Positions 8,237 to 18,201 of a stretch of DNA of 64,000 nt are shown in pieces. This DNA comes from Acidobacteriota bacterium (GTDB taxonomy: Bacteria; Acidobacteriota; Thermoanaerobaculia; Multivoradales; UBA5704). The DNA is taken from contig JBDTZG010000001.1 of assembly GCA_040005235.1 (NCBI GenBank), positions 64,001 through 128,000 of the forward strand, written 5' to 3'. The notes beneath the pieces were generated by a model that saw nothing but the letters and a program-made list of their open reading frames with translations, made no database searches and was not told where the DNA came from. The position numbers and the translations under genes were made by a program. How positions within the stretch are numbered: the stretch's first letter is position 1; each line of letters starts with the position of its first letter.

Positions 8237-9882
8237 GGGGCCGCCCGCGCCAGGTCTAGCGCAAACGCCGCGCCGGACACCGGTCGTTCGACATACCGCA
8301 GATCCCCACCGAAGCTACGCGCCAGACCGCGGCTGAGGGCGAGCCCCAGCCCCAAGCCGGGCGCGCCTTCGGCGGCGGCCTGGGCGGCGGAGCGGCGGAG
8401 AGGACGAAACAGCCGACGGCGCTCCCGGCGGGGAATGCCGGGGCCGTCGTCCATCGCGGTGAGCACGATCGTCTGGCCCTTCTTCTCGGCTTGAATCTCG
8501 AATCCGGCCGGTCCGGTGGACCCTCCGGCGAACTTCGCGGCGTTGTCCGCCAGGTTCTGGAGAATGCGCTCGACCGCCACGGGATCGACCTGCACCGATA
8601 CCCTTTCGAGGTCTACTGGAAGCCGGATCACGAAGTCGAGGCCGCGCCGCTTTAAGTCCGCCGCCAGATGCCGCGCGATCGGATCGAGCAGATCGGCAAG
8701 GGAAACGATCTCCGTGCGGGCGCCAGAACCGCCGCGCTCCAGCCGCGCGAAGGCGAAGACGTTTTCGACTAGTTGGCCCAGCCGCTCGGCTTCGGCGCGC
8801 AGAGTCGTCAGGTACTCAGGCATCTTCTCCTTCGGCACCATCCCTTCGTCGAGCATTTCGGTGTACATCCGGAATGTGGTGAGCGGCGTCCGCAGCTCGT
8901 GCGTCACGGCGGAGACGAAATCGTCCCTCCGTCGGGCGAGCCGCAGTGCCCCCGCGAGCAGCGCGCCGGTCCCTACCGCTACGAGCAGGATCGCGAGCGA
9001 CGCCGCGACGAGACCCCATCGAGCGGCGGTCCAGCCGAAGGCGGGGAGGCTGGGAGGCGGCCCCGGATCGAGCTGCAGCGGCAGGAGAGCGAGCTGGCGG
9101 CCGGGATCGGCGGCATTTCGGGCCGGCAGGAGGGTGGCAGCCGGCAAGAGATCCCGGACCCGGCCGAGCAGACCCGCCTCCAGCGCTTGCCGGTTCAGCC
9201 AGATCCCTTCGAGCGCCTCGCCGTCACCGCGCTCGATTCTCCGCGCGAGGAGAAGCTCCGAGCCGACCCAGATCGGCTGGAGCGGCGTCCGCACCTGGGG
9301 TGCGTTTACCCGGCGCGGGGCGGGTAGGCTCGTGACTTGGTTCGCCGTCTGATTGGCCAGAACCCGCTCGCCAAACTCCGCCGAGTTGAGCGCCATCTGC
9401 CGACCGGCCTCTTCCGCCAGCGGCTCGCTCTCTTTCTTCTCTTTGAGGTTTTTCTTCCCAGCGGTCGCTTTCGTCCTGCCTGGTTTTTCGTTTGGACCGG
9501 CGAGCGGCGCCTGCGCCAAAGCCGCCAGTAGCGCATCCCGCCCCAGGAGGGCGCGTGCTTCGGGCGAGGGGGCGCCCGCCACGGTGGCGAGATTGCCTGC
9601 CGCGTCGATTTCGAAGCGGAGCCGATCGTAGGGCCGTCGCGGATCGCCTCCCGGAAGCGCTCCTCCCACCGGCCGGGCGTTCTCCTGGGCGAGGAATGCC
9701 GAGAGCGCGGAGTCCATCCGCCAGAGCGCCAGGCGGGCGTGCTCCTCGCGGGTGGCAAGCGCGCGGGCTTCCCCTTGGCCGCGCTCCAGCTCGAAGGCGG
9801 TGTGCGCGATCCAGCCGAGCGCGCCGAGGAGGATTGCGAGGGCAAGGGCGAATCCCGCGAGCAGCGGAGCGCGCGATCTCAT
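8212..9882 (-). CDS. sensor histidine kinase
   Basis: Two TMs, H-box VTHELRTPL, N-box NLADNAAKF, DDGPGI, GLGLGL. Confidence 0.93.
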   Translation of the reverse strand: MRSRAPLLAGFALALAILLGALGWIAHTAFELERGQGEARALATREEHARLALWRMDSALSAFLAQENARPVGGALPGGDPRRPYDRLRFEIDAAGNLATVAGAPSPEARALLGRDALLAALAQAPLAGPNEKPGRTKATAGKKNLKEKKESEPLAEEAGRQMALNSAEFGERVLANQTANQVTSLPAPRRVNAPQVRTPLQPIWVGSELLLARRIERGDGEALEGIWLNRQALEAGLLGRVRDLLPAATLLPARNAADPGRQLALLPLQLDPGPPPSLPAFGWTAARWGLVAASLAILLVAVGTGALLAGALRLARRRDDFVSAVTHELRTPLTTFRMYTEMLDEGMVPKEKMPEYLTTLRAEAERLGQLVENVFAFARLERGGSGARTEIVSLADLLDPIARHLAADLKRRGLDFVIRLPVDLERVSVQVDPVAVERILQNLADNAAKFAGGSTGPAGFEIQAEKKGQTIVLTAMDDGPGIPRRERRRLFRPLRRSAAQAAAEGAPGLGLGLALSRGLARSFGGDLRYVERPVSGAAFALDLARAAPHQGSEQS

Positions 9883-10595
9883 GCGAGCCGGTACCCCCGC
9901 CCGCGGACGGTGAGCAGAACGCGCGGTTCGCCCGCGCCTTCGACGCTTCCCGGGGTGCCGCCGTCACGCAGTTTTTTGCGTAGGCGGGCGACCGTCATGT
10001 CGACCGTGCGGGTTTCGATCCGCCGCGGGTCGATCTCCCAGACTCGGACCAGCAACTCGTCGCGCGGCACCAGGCGACCCTCCGCCGCGATCAGATAAGC
10101 GAGCAGTCGTGCTTCGAGGTCCGACAGCTCCTCATGCGAACCGTCGTCGAAGCGAATCTCGCCGCGCGCGAGCTCGATCGAGCCGCCGGGGATGGCGCGC
10201 ATCTCGGGTGCCTCGGCGCGCGCGGGGGAACGGCGGAGGAGCGCGTCGATCCGGGCGAGCAGCTCGCGAATCGAGAACGGCTTCACCACGTAGTCGTCCG
10301 CCCCGAGGCGTAGGCCCGCCACCCGGTCGTCCTCCGCGCCGCGCGCGGTGATCAGAATCACCGGCAGCGCCGGTTTGGCCGCGCGGATCGTGCGCAGCAC
10401 CGCGAGGCCGTCCTTCCGCGGCAGGACGAGGTCGAGCAACACCAGCCGCACCGGCCGTTCGAGCGCGAGCGCCTCGGCGCTCGCGCCGTCTCCCGCTTCG
10501 ATCGTCGCGAATCCGGCGCCGGAAAGCGCATCGACCAGGCCGCGACGAATCGCGAGGTCGTCTTCGACGATCAAGGCAAGATCATGGGACGCCAC
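9879..10595 (-). CDS. OmpR-family response regulator
   Basis: IVEDD, LLDLVLP, GADDYVVKPF, TRTVDMTVARLRKKL, TVRGRGY. Start is GTG 10595 (or ATG 10607). Confidence 0.93.
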   Translation of the reverse strand: MASHDLALIVEDDLAIRRGLVDALSGAGFATIEAGDGASAEALALERPVRLVLLDLVLPRKDGLAVLRTIRAAKPALPVILITARGAEDDRVAGLRLGADDYVVKPFSIRELLARIDALLRRSPARAEAPEMRAIPGGSIELARGEIRFDDGSHEELSDLEARLLAYLIAAEGRLVPRDELLVRVWEIDPRRIETRTVDMTVARLRKKLRDGGTPGSVEGAGEPRVLLTVRGRGYRLA

Positions 10596-10625
10596 GGCGG
10601 GGAGCATAGCCCGAGGCGAAATGGC

Positions 10626-10663
10626 GTAACGCCCGGCGCCACTGCGCGTTACGAAGCCGTTAC
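10626..10663 (+). promoter_or_regulatory. candidate OmpR-type binding boxes
   Basis: CGTTAC direct repeat at 10647 and 10658 (11-bp period) plus inverted GTAACG at 10626, between divergent regulator and target genes. Confidence 0.5.
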
Positions 10664-10717
10664 CGAAGGCGAGCTCTTAATGCCCTACCCTGTGCAGGTC
10701 CTTAAAGGAGGACCCTT

Positions 10718-12091
10718 ATGAACGCCAGACTCTTTCTGACCGCCGATCGCCGCCGACTGGGGTCCGCGTTGATTGTTTTCGGCCTTCTGCTCTCGGCGCA
10801 CCCGGCTCCCGCTTCCGACGCCGGCGAGGGATCCGGCCGCCCCGAATCGCTCGAAGGACTCGCCTTCAAGGCGCTGTGGAACTATCCGGAATCGGCCGCC
10901 GTCGCGATTCGAAAACTGCGCATCGCCGGCCCTTCAGGGGTCGAGGCTCTCCTCGCAGAGAACCGGACGCGTGGGGATCGGACGATCGGCGACGCTGAAT
11001 TCGGCCAAGTGCTCGACAAGGTCTGCGCCCAGCGCGATTGCACCGCTTCCCACCTTTATTGGTACACGGACCTCACGGCTGCGCGCGTTGCGGCGCAAGC
11101 GGCGGGCAAACCGATCCTCTCGCTCCGCCTTCTCGGCCGGCTGGATGAAGATTTCTCCTGCGCCAACAGCCGCTTCTTCCGCACCGTGCTCTACGCCGAT
11201 CCGGCGATCTCCCGCCTGTTGCGCGAGCGATTCATCCTTCATTGGCAGTCGGTGCGGCCGGTGCCGCGGATCACGATCGACATGGGGGATGGCCGGAGCC
11301 TCTCCGGGACGATCACCGGCAACAGCATCCACTACGTGCTCGACTCGCGCGGCCGCCTGCTCGATGCGCTGCCGGGCTTGATCGGGCCGGCCGCTTTCCT
11401 GCGCGATCTGAACGATCTCGACCGGGTCGCTAAAAAGGCGGCCGGATTCGCCGACGTGGTGCTGCCGCTGTTCTCGGACGAACGCCACGCCGAGCAGGCC
11501 ATTGCCCTCTCCGGAACTTTGAGCGCCGATCTCGATCGGTATGAGAAGTGGCTCAAGGGTCCCGCGCGGAATCGGAATTCGAAAGCGGCCGCCCGGGTAG
11601 TCCCAGCCAAGCTGGCCGGCGATCCGCCGACCGCGGTCGAGGCCTCGACTCTCGCTATGAGCAAGAGTGGAATTGAGGTACGTCTGTTGAGCGCGATGTT
11701 TCCTCCGACTCCCGGCGCGCAATGGGGAGCCGGTATCCCTTGGGTAGGAGTGGCCAACTACCATCGCAACGACTGGCAGCTCGACGACGCGGCCCGCGAA
11801 CGGCTGCGGAAGAAGATGGGGCTCGGCGCCGGCCCGGAGGCCGAGCGGATGGCGGCGAATTTCGAGAGCCTTCTGGCGCTCGACACCGTGCGCAACGAGC
11901 TGGGCCTCCGCGCCGTGCTCCACGACTGGCTGGCGAACGAAGGCGGCACGGTCGATCTCGACGCCTTCAACGAGCGGGTCTATGCGGAGCTTTTCCTCAC
12001 CCCAAGCACCGATCCATGGCTGGGTTTGAACCCGGACGACGTGTTTACAGGGCTGGCGCCGCAGATGGCGGTGGCGGAGGGAAATCAGTAG
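10718..12091 (+). CDS. exported protein with a thioredoxin-like (SelN-like) domain
   Basis: AAAGGAGG RBS, signal peptide, HLYWYTDL...KPILSLRLLGRLDEDFSCANSRFFRTVLY. Confidence 0.75.
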   Translation: MNARLFLTADRRRLGSALIVFGLLLSAHPAPASDAGEGSGRPESLEGLAFKALWNYPESAAVAIRKLRIAGPSGVEALLAENRTRGDRTIGDAEFGQVLDKVCAQRDCTASHLYWYTDLTAARVAAQAAGKPILSLRLLGRLDEDFSCANSRFFRTVLYADPAISRLLRERFILHWQSVRPVPRITIDMGDGRSLSGTITGNSIHYVLDSRGRLLDALPGLIGPAAFLRDLNDLDRVAKKAAGFADVVLPLFSDERHAEQAIALSGTLSADLDRYEKWLKGPARNRNSKAAARVVPAKLAGDPPTAVEASTLAMSKSGIEVRLLSAMFPPTPGAQWGAGIPWVGVANYHRNDWQLDDAARERLRKKMGLGAGPEAERMAANFESLLALDTVRNELGLRAVLHDWLANEGGTVDLDAFNERVYAELFLTPSTDPWLGLNPDDVFTGLAPQMAVAEGNQ

Positions 12092-12168
12092 GTGCATCAC
12101 GGTGGCTCCGCGCTATGCTGCGCCTTCACCCGACACGTCGGACGGCAGGACCGGAGGAGCAGCACCGC

Positions 12169-12642
12169 ATGAAAACGCCGCACCTTTTGCGCGTCGAGCA
12201 GGCCGCAACGGAGTACGCGCCTCTGTTCGACGCGGCGCGCGCACTCGGCCTGCGGCTCGGCTGGATGGAGCTGGGCGACTCCGTTCCCGGGGCGGTTCCG
12301 CCGAGCCTCGAAGCTGCGGCGGGGGAGGGGGCGCTCCGGGCGGTCGCGGTGGGGGGCGGTCGGACGGTTTCGATCAAGCCGATGAAGGGGGCGCCGGTGC
12401 TGCGCGATCTGCTGCGCGAGCACTTTCGCGGCTGCGCGTTGGTGCTCGTGTTCGGCGGCGGCGCGGCGGAGCTGCCGAGCCTCTCGCGCGATGGCGAGGT
12501 CTATCGGGTGGCGTCGGGGTCGGTCGTTCGCACCTTCAGCGCGGCGCACTTGGCGGAGGCGGTTCGTCGGCCGCGGCCGTTCGAGCCGGAGACCGCCGCG
12601 ACCGCTTCGACGGTGGAGGCGGCTCCGCCCGAGAAGCGATGA
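12169..12642 (+). CDS. hypothetical protein (possibly degenerate MobB-like)
   Basis: GGAGGAG RBS; ATGA overlap with the next gene; no P-loop. Confidence 0.65.
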   Translation: MKTPHLLRVEQAATEYAPLFDAARALGLRLGWMELGDSVPGAVPPSLEAAAGEGALRAVAVGGGRTVSIKPMKGAPVLRDLLREHFRGCALVLVFGGGAAELPSLSRDGEVYRVASGSVVRTFSAAHLAEAVRRPRPFEPETAATASTVEAAPPEKR

Positions 12643-14006
12643 GCGAGCCCGCTGCGTTGTCTCCTCCGGCGCGCACCACGTTCGCGCGCCGCCTGGGTCC
12701 GTGGGATGCCGCGATCATCGTGATCAGCGGCATCGTCGGCTCGGGGATCTTCGTCAATCCGTACGTCGTCGCGGGGCTGGTCCAGACGCCGGTGCTGATC
12801 CTCGCGGTCTGGGCGGCGGGCGGGGCGATCGCTCTCTGCGGTGCGTTCGTTTTCGCCGAGCTTGCGACCGTGGTGCCGAAGGTCGGCGGCCAGTATGCGT
12901 TCTTTCGCGAGGCGTTCCATCCGCTCGCGGCGTTCCTGCACGGCTGGTCGATGCTCTGGATCGTCCAGTCGGGAGCGACCGCGGCCGTTGCGGTGGCCTT
13001 CGCCGACTATCTGGTGCGCTTGGTAGGGATGCCCGCCGGATCGACCGTGCCGGTGGCGGTCGCCGTGCTGGTGGCGCTCGGTGCGTTTCATGCGCTGGGG
13101 ATCAAACCGGGGGCGGTGCTGCTGAACGTCGTCACGCTCGCCAAGATGCTCGCGCTCGCGGTGCTGATCGTCGCGGCGTTCGTACTCGCGCCGCATTCCG
13201 CGATCGTGTGGCGGCCGGCGCTGCCGCCGGGCATTCTCGAATCGCGCGGCGGCTTCGGCCTGCTCTCGGTGTTCTTGGCGGCGTTGGCGCCCGCGATGTT
13301 CGCCTATGGCGGTTGGCAGAACGTCAACTACATCGCCGAGGAGGTCCGCGAGCCGGAGCGCAATCTGCCGCGGGCGATCCTGTGGGGCGTGGTCTGCGTG
13401 ATTTTGATCTACCTCGGCGCGAACTTCGCCTATCTCCACGTGTTGGGCGCCCCGGCCCTCGCGGCGAGCCGGACGCCCGCGGCGGATGCGGCGGCGCGGC
13501 TGTTCGGCGAGACCGGCGCGAAAACGATCTCGCTCCTGGTGGTCGTCTCGACCTTCGGATTTTTGAATCTCGCGCTGCTCTCCGCGCCGCGGGTCTATTA
13601 CGCGATGGCGGCGGACGGCTTGCTGCCGGAGCGCTTCGCGGTGCTCAATCCGCGCTTTCGGGCTCCTACCGCGGCGATCCTGCTTCAGGCTGCCGTTGCG
13701 GCGCTGCTCGCGACGACCGGAGCTTACGGACGGCTGCTGAACTACGCCGTGTTCGCCGACTGGGTGCTGTTCGCGGCTTCCGGCGTTGCTCTATTCGCGC
13801 TGAGGAAAAAGCTGCCCGACGCGGCGCGGCCGTTCGCGTCGCCCGGTTATCCGTGGGTGCCCGCGGCGTTCGTGGCGGCTGGGGCGGCGATCGTGGGGAA
13901 TCTGTTCGTGGCCGATCCGGCCAACGCCCTGCGGGCCACTTTGGTGATCGCGGCAGGGGTGCCGGCGTATTGGCTGTTGCGGCGTGCGGGGATTCGCCGG
14001 AGGTAG
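12639..14006 (+). CDS. APC-family amino acid permease
   Basis: GIVGSGIF, FAEL...P..GGQY, FAYGGWQN...EEVREPERNLPRAI; about 12 TMs. Confidence 0.93.
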   Translation: MSEPAALSPPARTTFARRLGPWDAAIIVISGIVGSGIFVNPYVVAGLVQTPVLILAVWAAGGAIALCGAFVFAELATVVPKVGGQYAFFREAFHPLAAFLHGWSMLWIVQSGATAAVAVAFADYLVRLVGMPAGSTVPVAVAVLVALGAFHALGIKPGAVLLNVVTLAKMLALAVLIVAAFVLAPHSAIVWRPALPPGILESRGGFGLLSVFLAALAPAMFAYGGWQNVNYIAEEVREPERNLPRAILWGVVCVILIYLGANFAYLHVLGAPALAASRTPAADAAARLFGETGAKTISLLVVVSTFGFLNLALLSAPRVYYAMAADGLLPERFAVLNPRFRAPTAAILLQAAVAALLATTGAYGRLLNYAVFADWVLFAASGVALFALRKKLPDAARPFASPGYPWVPAAFVAAGAAIVGNLFVADPANALRATLVIAAGVPAYWLLRRAGIRRR

Positions 14007-14026
14007 TCGGTTCGGTCGGCCATAGA

Positions 14027-14056
14027 TTGACACCTTTGCATACCGACACCTATACT
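14027..14056 (+). promoter_or_regulatory. sigma70 promoter of rpsA
   Basis: TTGACA-N18-TATACT. Confidence 0.75.
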
Positions 14057-14172
14057 CGATGGCCCGAGATTCCGACGAGTTAGAGTTCCGTTGAGCTCGG
14101 CGCCCCCACCCAGGGCCTCAACAGGCGCGCCGTTTCCGCCTGAATCCAAATACCAAGGAGGTAGCACCCTTT

Positions 14173-16029
14173 ATGCCGTCCCACTTTGACCAGGACCAGC
14201 CTTCCGCTGAGTCCAATACCGACCAGGAGATGGACTACCAGGCGCTCCTGGCGCTCTACGACGAGAGCATGCGGAACTTGACCGAGGGCGAGATCGTCCC
14301 GGGCCGCGTGATCGGCGTCACCGCTAACTCGGTGATCGTCGATGTCGGCTACAAGTCCGAGGGTCTGGTCCCCATCGACGAGTTCCTCGACCGCGACGGC
14401 AAGCTGTCCGTCAACGTCGGCGACGAAGTCGACGTGCTGCTGGAGAAGACCGAGGACCAAGAGGGGCACGTTCTTCTCTCCCACACCAAGGCCCTGCGCA
14501 TGCGCAGGTGGACCGAGGTCGATCGTGCGTTCAAAGAGGGTCGCGTGATCAAGGGGCGGGTGATCGAGCGGATCAAGGGCGGTCTTACGGTGGACGTGGG
14601 TCTGCGCGCCTTCCTTCCCGGTTCGCTGGTCGACATCAAGCCGGTGAAGAACCTCGAAGCGCTGCGCGGCATGGAGCTCGAATTCAAGGTCATCAGCCTG
14701 GACCGGCGGCGCAACAACATCGTGCTGTCGCGCAAGGCCGTGCTGGAAAAAGAGCTCGAGAAGAAGAAGACCGAGACGCTCAAGCGTCTCGAAGAGGGGG
14801 CGCGCCTCCCGGGTATAGTCAAGAACATCACGGACTACGGCGTCTTCGTCGATCTGGGCGGCATCGACGGGCTGTTGCATATCACCGACATTTCGTGGGG
14901 CCGGGTGAACCACCCGTCCGAGCACTTCAAAGTCGGCGACGAGATCGAGATCGTGGTCTTGAAGTTCGACCCCGAGACCGAGCGCGTCTCGCTCGGCTAT
15001 AAGCAGCGTTCCGAAGATCCGTGGCATCTGGTCGACAAGAAGTATCCGATCGGCTCGCGGGTCTCCGGCCGGGTCGTGTCGCTGGTCGATTACGGCGCGT
15101 TCGTCGAGATCGAAGAGGGCGTCGAAGGCTTGATCCACGTGAGCGAGATGTCGTGGACCAAGAAGGTGGTCAACCCGGCGAAGATCCTCGAAGTCGGTCA
15201 CGAGGTGGCGGCGATCGTCTCCGAGCTCGACATGGACCAGCGGCGGATCTCTCTGTCGCTGCGCCAGACCGAGCGCAATCCGTGGGAGGAGCTGGCCGAC
15301 AGCCATCCCGTGGGCAGCGTGATCGAAGGCAAGGTGCGCAACCTGACCGAGTTCGGCGCGTTCGTCGAGATCACCGACGGCATCGACGGCCTGATCCACG
15401 TCTCCGACATGAGCTGGACCAAGCGGGTCAAGCACCCGAGCGAGGTGCTCAAGAAGGGCGACACGGTCAAGGCGCGGATCACCAACATCGACGTCGAGAA
15501 CCAGCGCGTCTCGCTGTCGATCAAGGAGTTCATGCCCAACGAGTGGGAAGAGTTCGCCGACAAGCACAACCCCGGCGACCTGCTCGACGGCAAGGTGGTC
15601 AACGTCACCGACTTCGGGCTGTTCATCGACATCTACAACGGCCTCGAAGGTCTGGCTCACGTGAGCGAGATCGACGTGGTCGCAGGGCAGCGTCTGGAGG
15701 ATCGTTTCGCGGTCGGCGAATGGGTGCGCGCGCGCATCCTGCGCATCGAGGAGGGGGACAAGAAGGTCGGTCTCTCGCTCCACGGTGTGTCGCAGCCGGA
15801 AGGCGAAGAGCTCGATGCCTTGAAGGACGATGCGAACCGGCGCGCCGCCGATGCCGGCAAGTCGACGCGCGAAGCGGCGATCCGTGCCGGCGTGGTCAAG
15901 CCGAGCGAGGAGCCGGAGGGCAAGCGCGGCACGGGTGCCGATTCGGATGCGGATGGTGATGCGGCGGATGCCGAGGGGGACTCCGATTCCGGAGCCGCCG
16001 AGGAATCTTCCGAAGCTCCGAGCGCCTAA
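14173..16029 (+). CDS. rpsA: 30S ribosomal protein S1
   Basis: Six S1 domains (DVGYKSEG, AFLPGS, DGLLHITDISW, GLIHVSEMSW); AAGGAGGT RBS. Confidence 0.98.
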   Translation: MPSHFDQDQPSAESNTDQEMDYQALLALYDESMRNLTEGEIVPGRVIGVTANSVIVDVGYKSEGLVPIDEFLDRDGKLSVNVGDEVDVLLEKTEDQEGHVLLSHTKALRMRRWTEVDRAFKEGRVIKGRVIERIKGGLTVDVGLRAFLPGSLVDIKPVKNLEALRGMELEFKVISLDRRRNNIVLSRKAVLEKELEKKKTETLKRLEEGARLPGIVKNITDYGVFVDLGGIDGLLHITDISWGRVNHPSEHFKVGDEIEIVVLKFDPETERVSLGYKQRSEDPWHLVDKKYPIGSRVSGRVVSLVDYGAFVEIEEGVEGLIHVSEMSWTKKVVNPAKILEVGHEVAAIVSELDMDQRRISLSLRQTERNPWEELADSHPVGSVIEGKVRNLTEFGAFVEITDGIDGLIHVSDMSWTKRVKHPSEVLKKGDTVKARITNIDVENQRVSLSIKEFMPNEWEEFADKHNPGDLLDGKVVNVTDFGLFIDIYNGLEGLAHVSEIDVVAGQRLEDRFAVGEWVRARILRIEEGDKKVGLSLHGVSQPEGEELDALKDDANRRAADAGKSTREAAIRAGVVKPSEEPEGKRGTGADSDADGDAADAEGDSDSGAAEESSEAPSA

Positions 16030-16131
16030 TTTTGCGGTAGTCTTGGTCGGCGGTCCTTTTCTGGACCGCCGTTTTCATCTCTGGCAATCTTCTCTGGCAA
16101 CTGGGGGTCGACGGTGTTCGCACGAGACGGA

Positions 16132-16413
16132 ATGACCAAGGCCGAGCTGGTCGAAGAGGTCGCCCGCACGACGCAATTGACCAAGAAGCAGGCGGAAATC
16201 ATCGTCAACGAGGTGTTCGACAGCATCGTTCTCTCGCTCAAGTCGGGGGAAAAGATCGAGCTGCGCGGCTTCGGCAGTTTCCGAATTCGCCATCGCGGGG
16301 CGCGCACCGGGCGCAATCCCAAGACCGGCGACAAGGTCGACGTGCCGCCGAAACGAATTCCGTATTTCAAGCCGGGCAAAGAGCTGCGCGAGCTGCTCAA
16401 CGACGAAGCGTAA
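16132..16413 (+). CDS. ihfB: integration host factor beta / HU family protein
   Basis: MTKAELVEEV...IELRGFGSF...GRNPKTG...PYFKPGKELRE; conserved position after rpsA. Confidence 0.9.
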   Translation: MTKAELVEEVARTTQLTKKQAEIIVNEVFDSIVLSLKSGEKIELRGFGSFRIRHRGARTGRNPKTGDKVDVPPKRIPYFKPGKELRELLNDEA

Positions 16414-16417
16414 AGGA

Positions 16418-16834
16418 GTGGGAGTGACGGAAAGCGAAGCTCCGGCGGCCTCGGGGCCGAACCTCGGGACCGGCACGGCGATCGCCGCTGCGGTGATCGC
16501 CTGGTTGATTCCCGGCGGCGGCCATCTTTATCTGAAGCGATGGCAGCGGGGGCTGGCGTTTTTCGTCCTGATCGCCATTTCCGTGTTTCTGGGGCTCAAG
16601 CTCGAAGGGCATCTCTATCGCCCTGTTCCCGGCGAGCCGCTCGCGACTCTCGGCACGATCGGCCAGGCGGGAGTAGGGACGGTCTACGGCGTCTTGCGCT
16701 TCGGCACCCACTATGAGGGCGACGTTCGCGGTCCGGGGTTCGAGTACGGCACGGCGTTTCTGCTCACCGCGGGGCTGATGAACCTGCTGCTGATCTTCGA
16801 CGCCTGGGACATCGCGTTGGGCAAGAAGGACTAA
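16418..16834 (+). CDS. DUF6677-like membrane protein
   Basis: AWLIPGGGHLY and EYGTAFLLTAGLMNLL.IFDAWD. Confidence 0.75.
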   Translation: MGVTESEAPAASGPNLGTGTAIAAAVIAWLIPGGGHLYLKRWQRGLAFFVLIAISVFLGLKLEGHLYRPVPGEPLATLGTIGQAGVGTVYGVLRFGTHYEGDVRGPGFEYGTAFLLTAGLMNLLLIFDAWDIALGKKD

Positions 16835-16846
16835 GGGGCGCCGCCG

Positions 16847-17044
16847 ATGATGATCAGCCACTTCCTTCTAATGGTGGTCTTCGCTCTGATCGTGAGCGTC
16901 TTCTTCAGCCTGCTCTGGCGCCGGGAGCGCAGCGCCCAGATCCGGCTGTTCTTCCAGCTGTTTCTCGGCATGGTGCTCGGAGGCTTGGCGATCGCCTGGC
17001 TGATGTATCCCTTCCCCCAGGGGCCGCCGGCGCCCATTCCATGA
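16847..17044 (+). CDS. small two-TM membrane protein
   Basis: SHFLLMVVFALIVSVFF...AWLMYPFP; overlaps the lpxB start. Confidence 0.75.
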   Translation: MMISHFLLMVVFALIVSVFFSLLWRRERSAQIRLFFQLFLGMVLGGLAIAWLMYPFPQGPPAPIP

Positions 17045-18201
17045 GTTTGCAGCTCCTCGCGGTCGCCGGAGAGGCCTCGGGCGACCTGCATGCCGCGCGG
17101 CTGCTGACCGAGCTGGCGCGGATCGAGCCGAGCGTCTCGGTCTTCGGGTTGGGGGGCGACGAAATGCGCGCGGCCGGGGTTTCCACGGTCGCCGATTCCT
17201 CAGAGATCTCGGTCGTCGGCCTGGTCGAGGTGCTGAAGATTCTCCCCCGGGCTAGAGCGATCTTTGCCGCCCTGCTCGCCGAGGTGGAGCGCCGGAAGCC
17301 CGCCGCCGCGCTGCTGGTCGATTTTCCCGACTTCAACCTACGCCTCGCCAAGGAGCTGGCCCGGAACGGCGTGCCGGTGGTCTATTACGTCAGCCCCCAG
17401 GTGTGGGCGTGGCGCAAGCGCCGAGTCCACGCGATCGCCCGCGACGTCACCCGCATGCTCGTGCTGTTTCCTTTCGAGGTCGAGTTCTACCGTCGCCATG
17501 GGGTGGACGCGGTCCACGTCGGCCATCCGTTGGTCGACGAGGTACCGCAGTTGCCGCAGGTCTGGGATGACCCGGAGCCGCACCCGCTCGGCGAACCGTT
17601 CCGGATCGCCCTGCTGCCCGGCTCGCGCCGCTCGGAGGTGGACGTCCTGCTGCCGCTCCAGCTGCGCGCTCTCGCGGCGCTCGCGGCCCGGGTGCCGGTG
17701 GTCGGCCGGATCATCCAGGCGCCGACCATCCCGCGCGAGTCGATCGACCGGCATCTGGCGACTGTCGGGCTCGGAGCCTACACCACGCCGGCCGTCGAGA
17801 TCGTCGATTCCGAGCGTTTCGCGGCGATCGCCGATTCGCACCTGGCGCTCTGCGCCTCCGGCACCGCGACGCTCGAAGTGGGCCTCCTGGGCACGCCGAT
17901 GATCGTCTGCTATCGCCTCTCGGCTTGGACCTACGCCCTAGCGCGCCTGCTGGTGAAACTGCCCCACGTCTCGCTGGTCAACCTGGTGCTGGAGCGCTCC
18001 GCGGTGCCCGAAAAGCTCCAGCACGAAGCCGACCCCGCGCACCTGGCCGCGGAGGCCGAGCGGCTGCTCGGCGATCCGGCCGCGATCGCCACGATGCGCG
18101 GCCACCTTGCCGAGCTGCGCGGCCGTCTCGGGGTGGGCGGCGCGAGCGGCAGGGCGGCGCGGGAGCTGGCCGGCGTTCTCGAACGAAGGGCGGCGGGATG
18201 A
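17041..18201 (+). CDS. lpxB: lipid-A-disaccharide synthase
   Basis: AGEASGDLHA, DFPDFN, YYVSPQVWAW, VGHPL, LLPGSRRSE, SGTATLE. Confidence 0.96.
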   Translation: MSLQLLAVAGEASGDLHAARLLTELARIEPSVSVFGLGGDEMRAAGVSTVADSSEISVVGLVEVLKILPRARAIFAALLAEVERRKPAAALLVDFPDFNLRLAKELARNGVPVVYYVSPQVWAWRKRRVHAIARDVTRMLVLFPFEVEFYRRHGVDAVHVGHPLVDEVPQLPQVWDDPEPHPLGEPFRIALLPGSRRSEVDVLLPLQLRALAALAARVPVVGRIIQAPTIPRESIDRHLATVGLGAYTTPAVEIVDSERFAAIADSHLALCASGTATLEVGLLGTPMIVCYRLSAWTYALARLLVKLPHVSLVNLVLERSAVPEKLQHEADPAHLAAEAERLLGDPAAIATMRGHLAELRGRLGVGGASGRAARELAGVLERRAAG

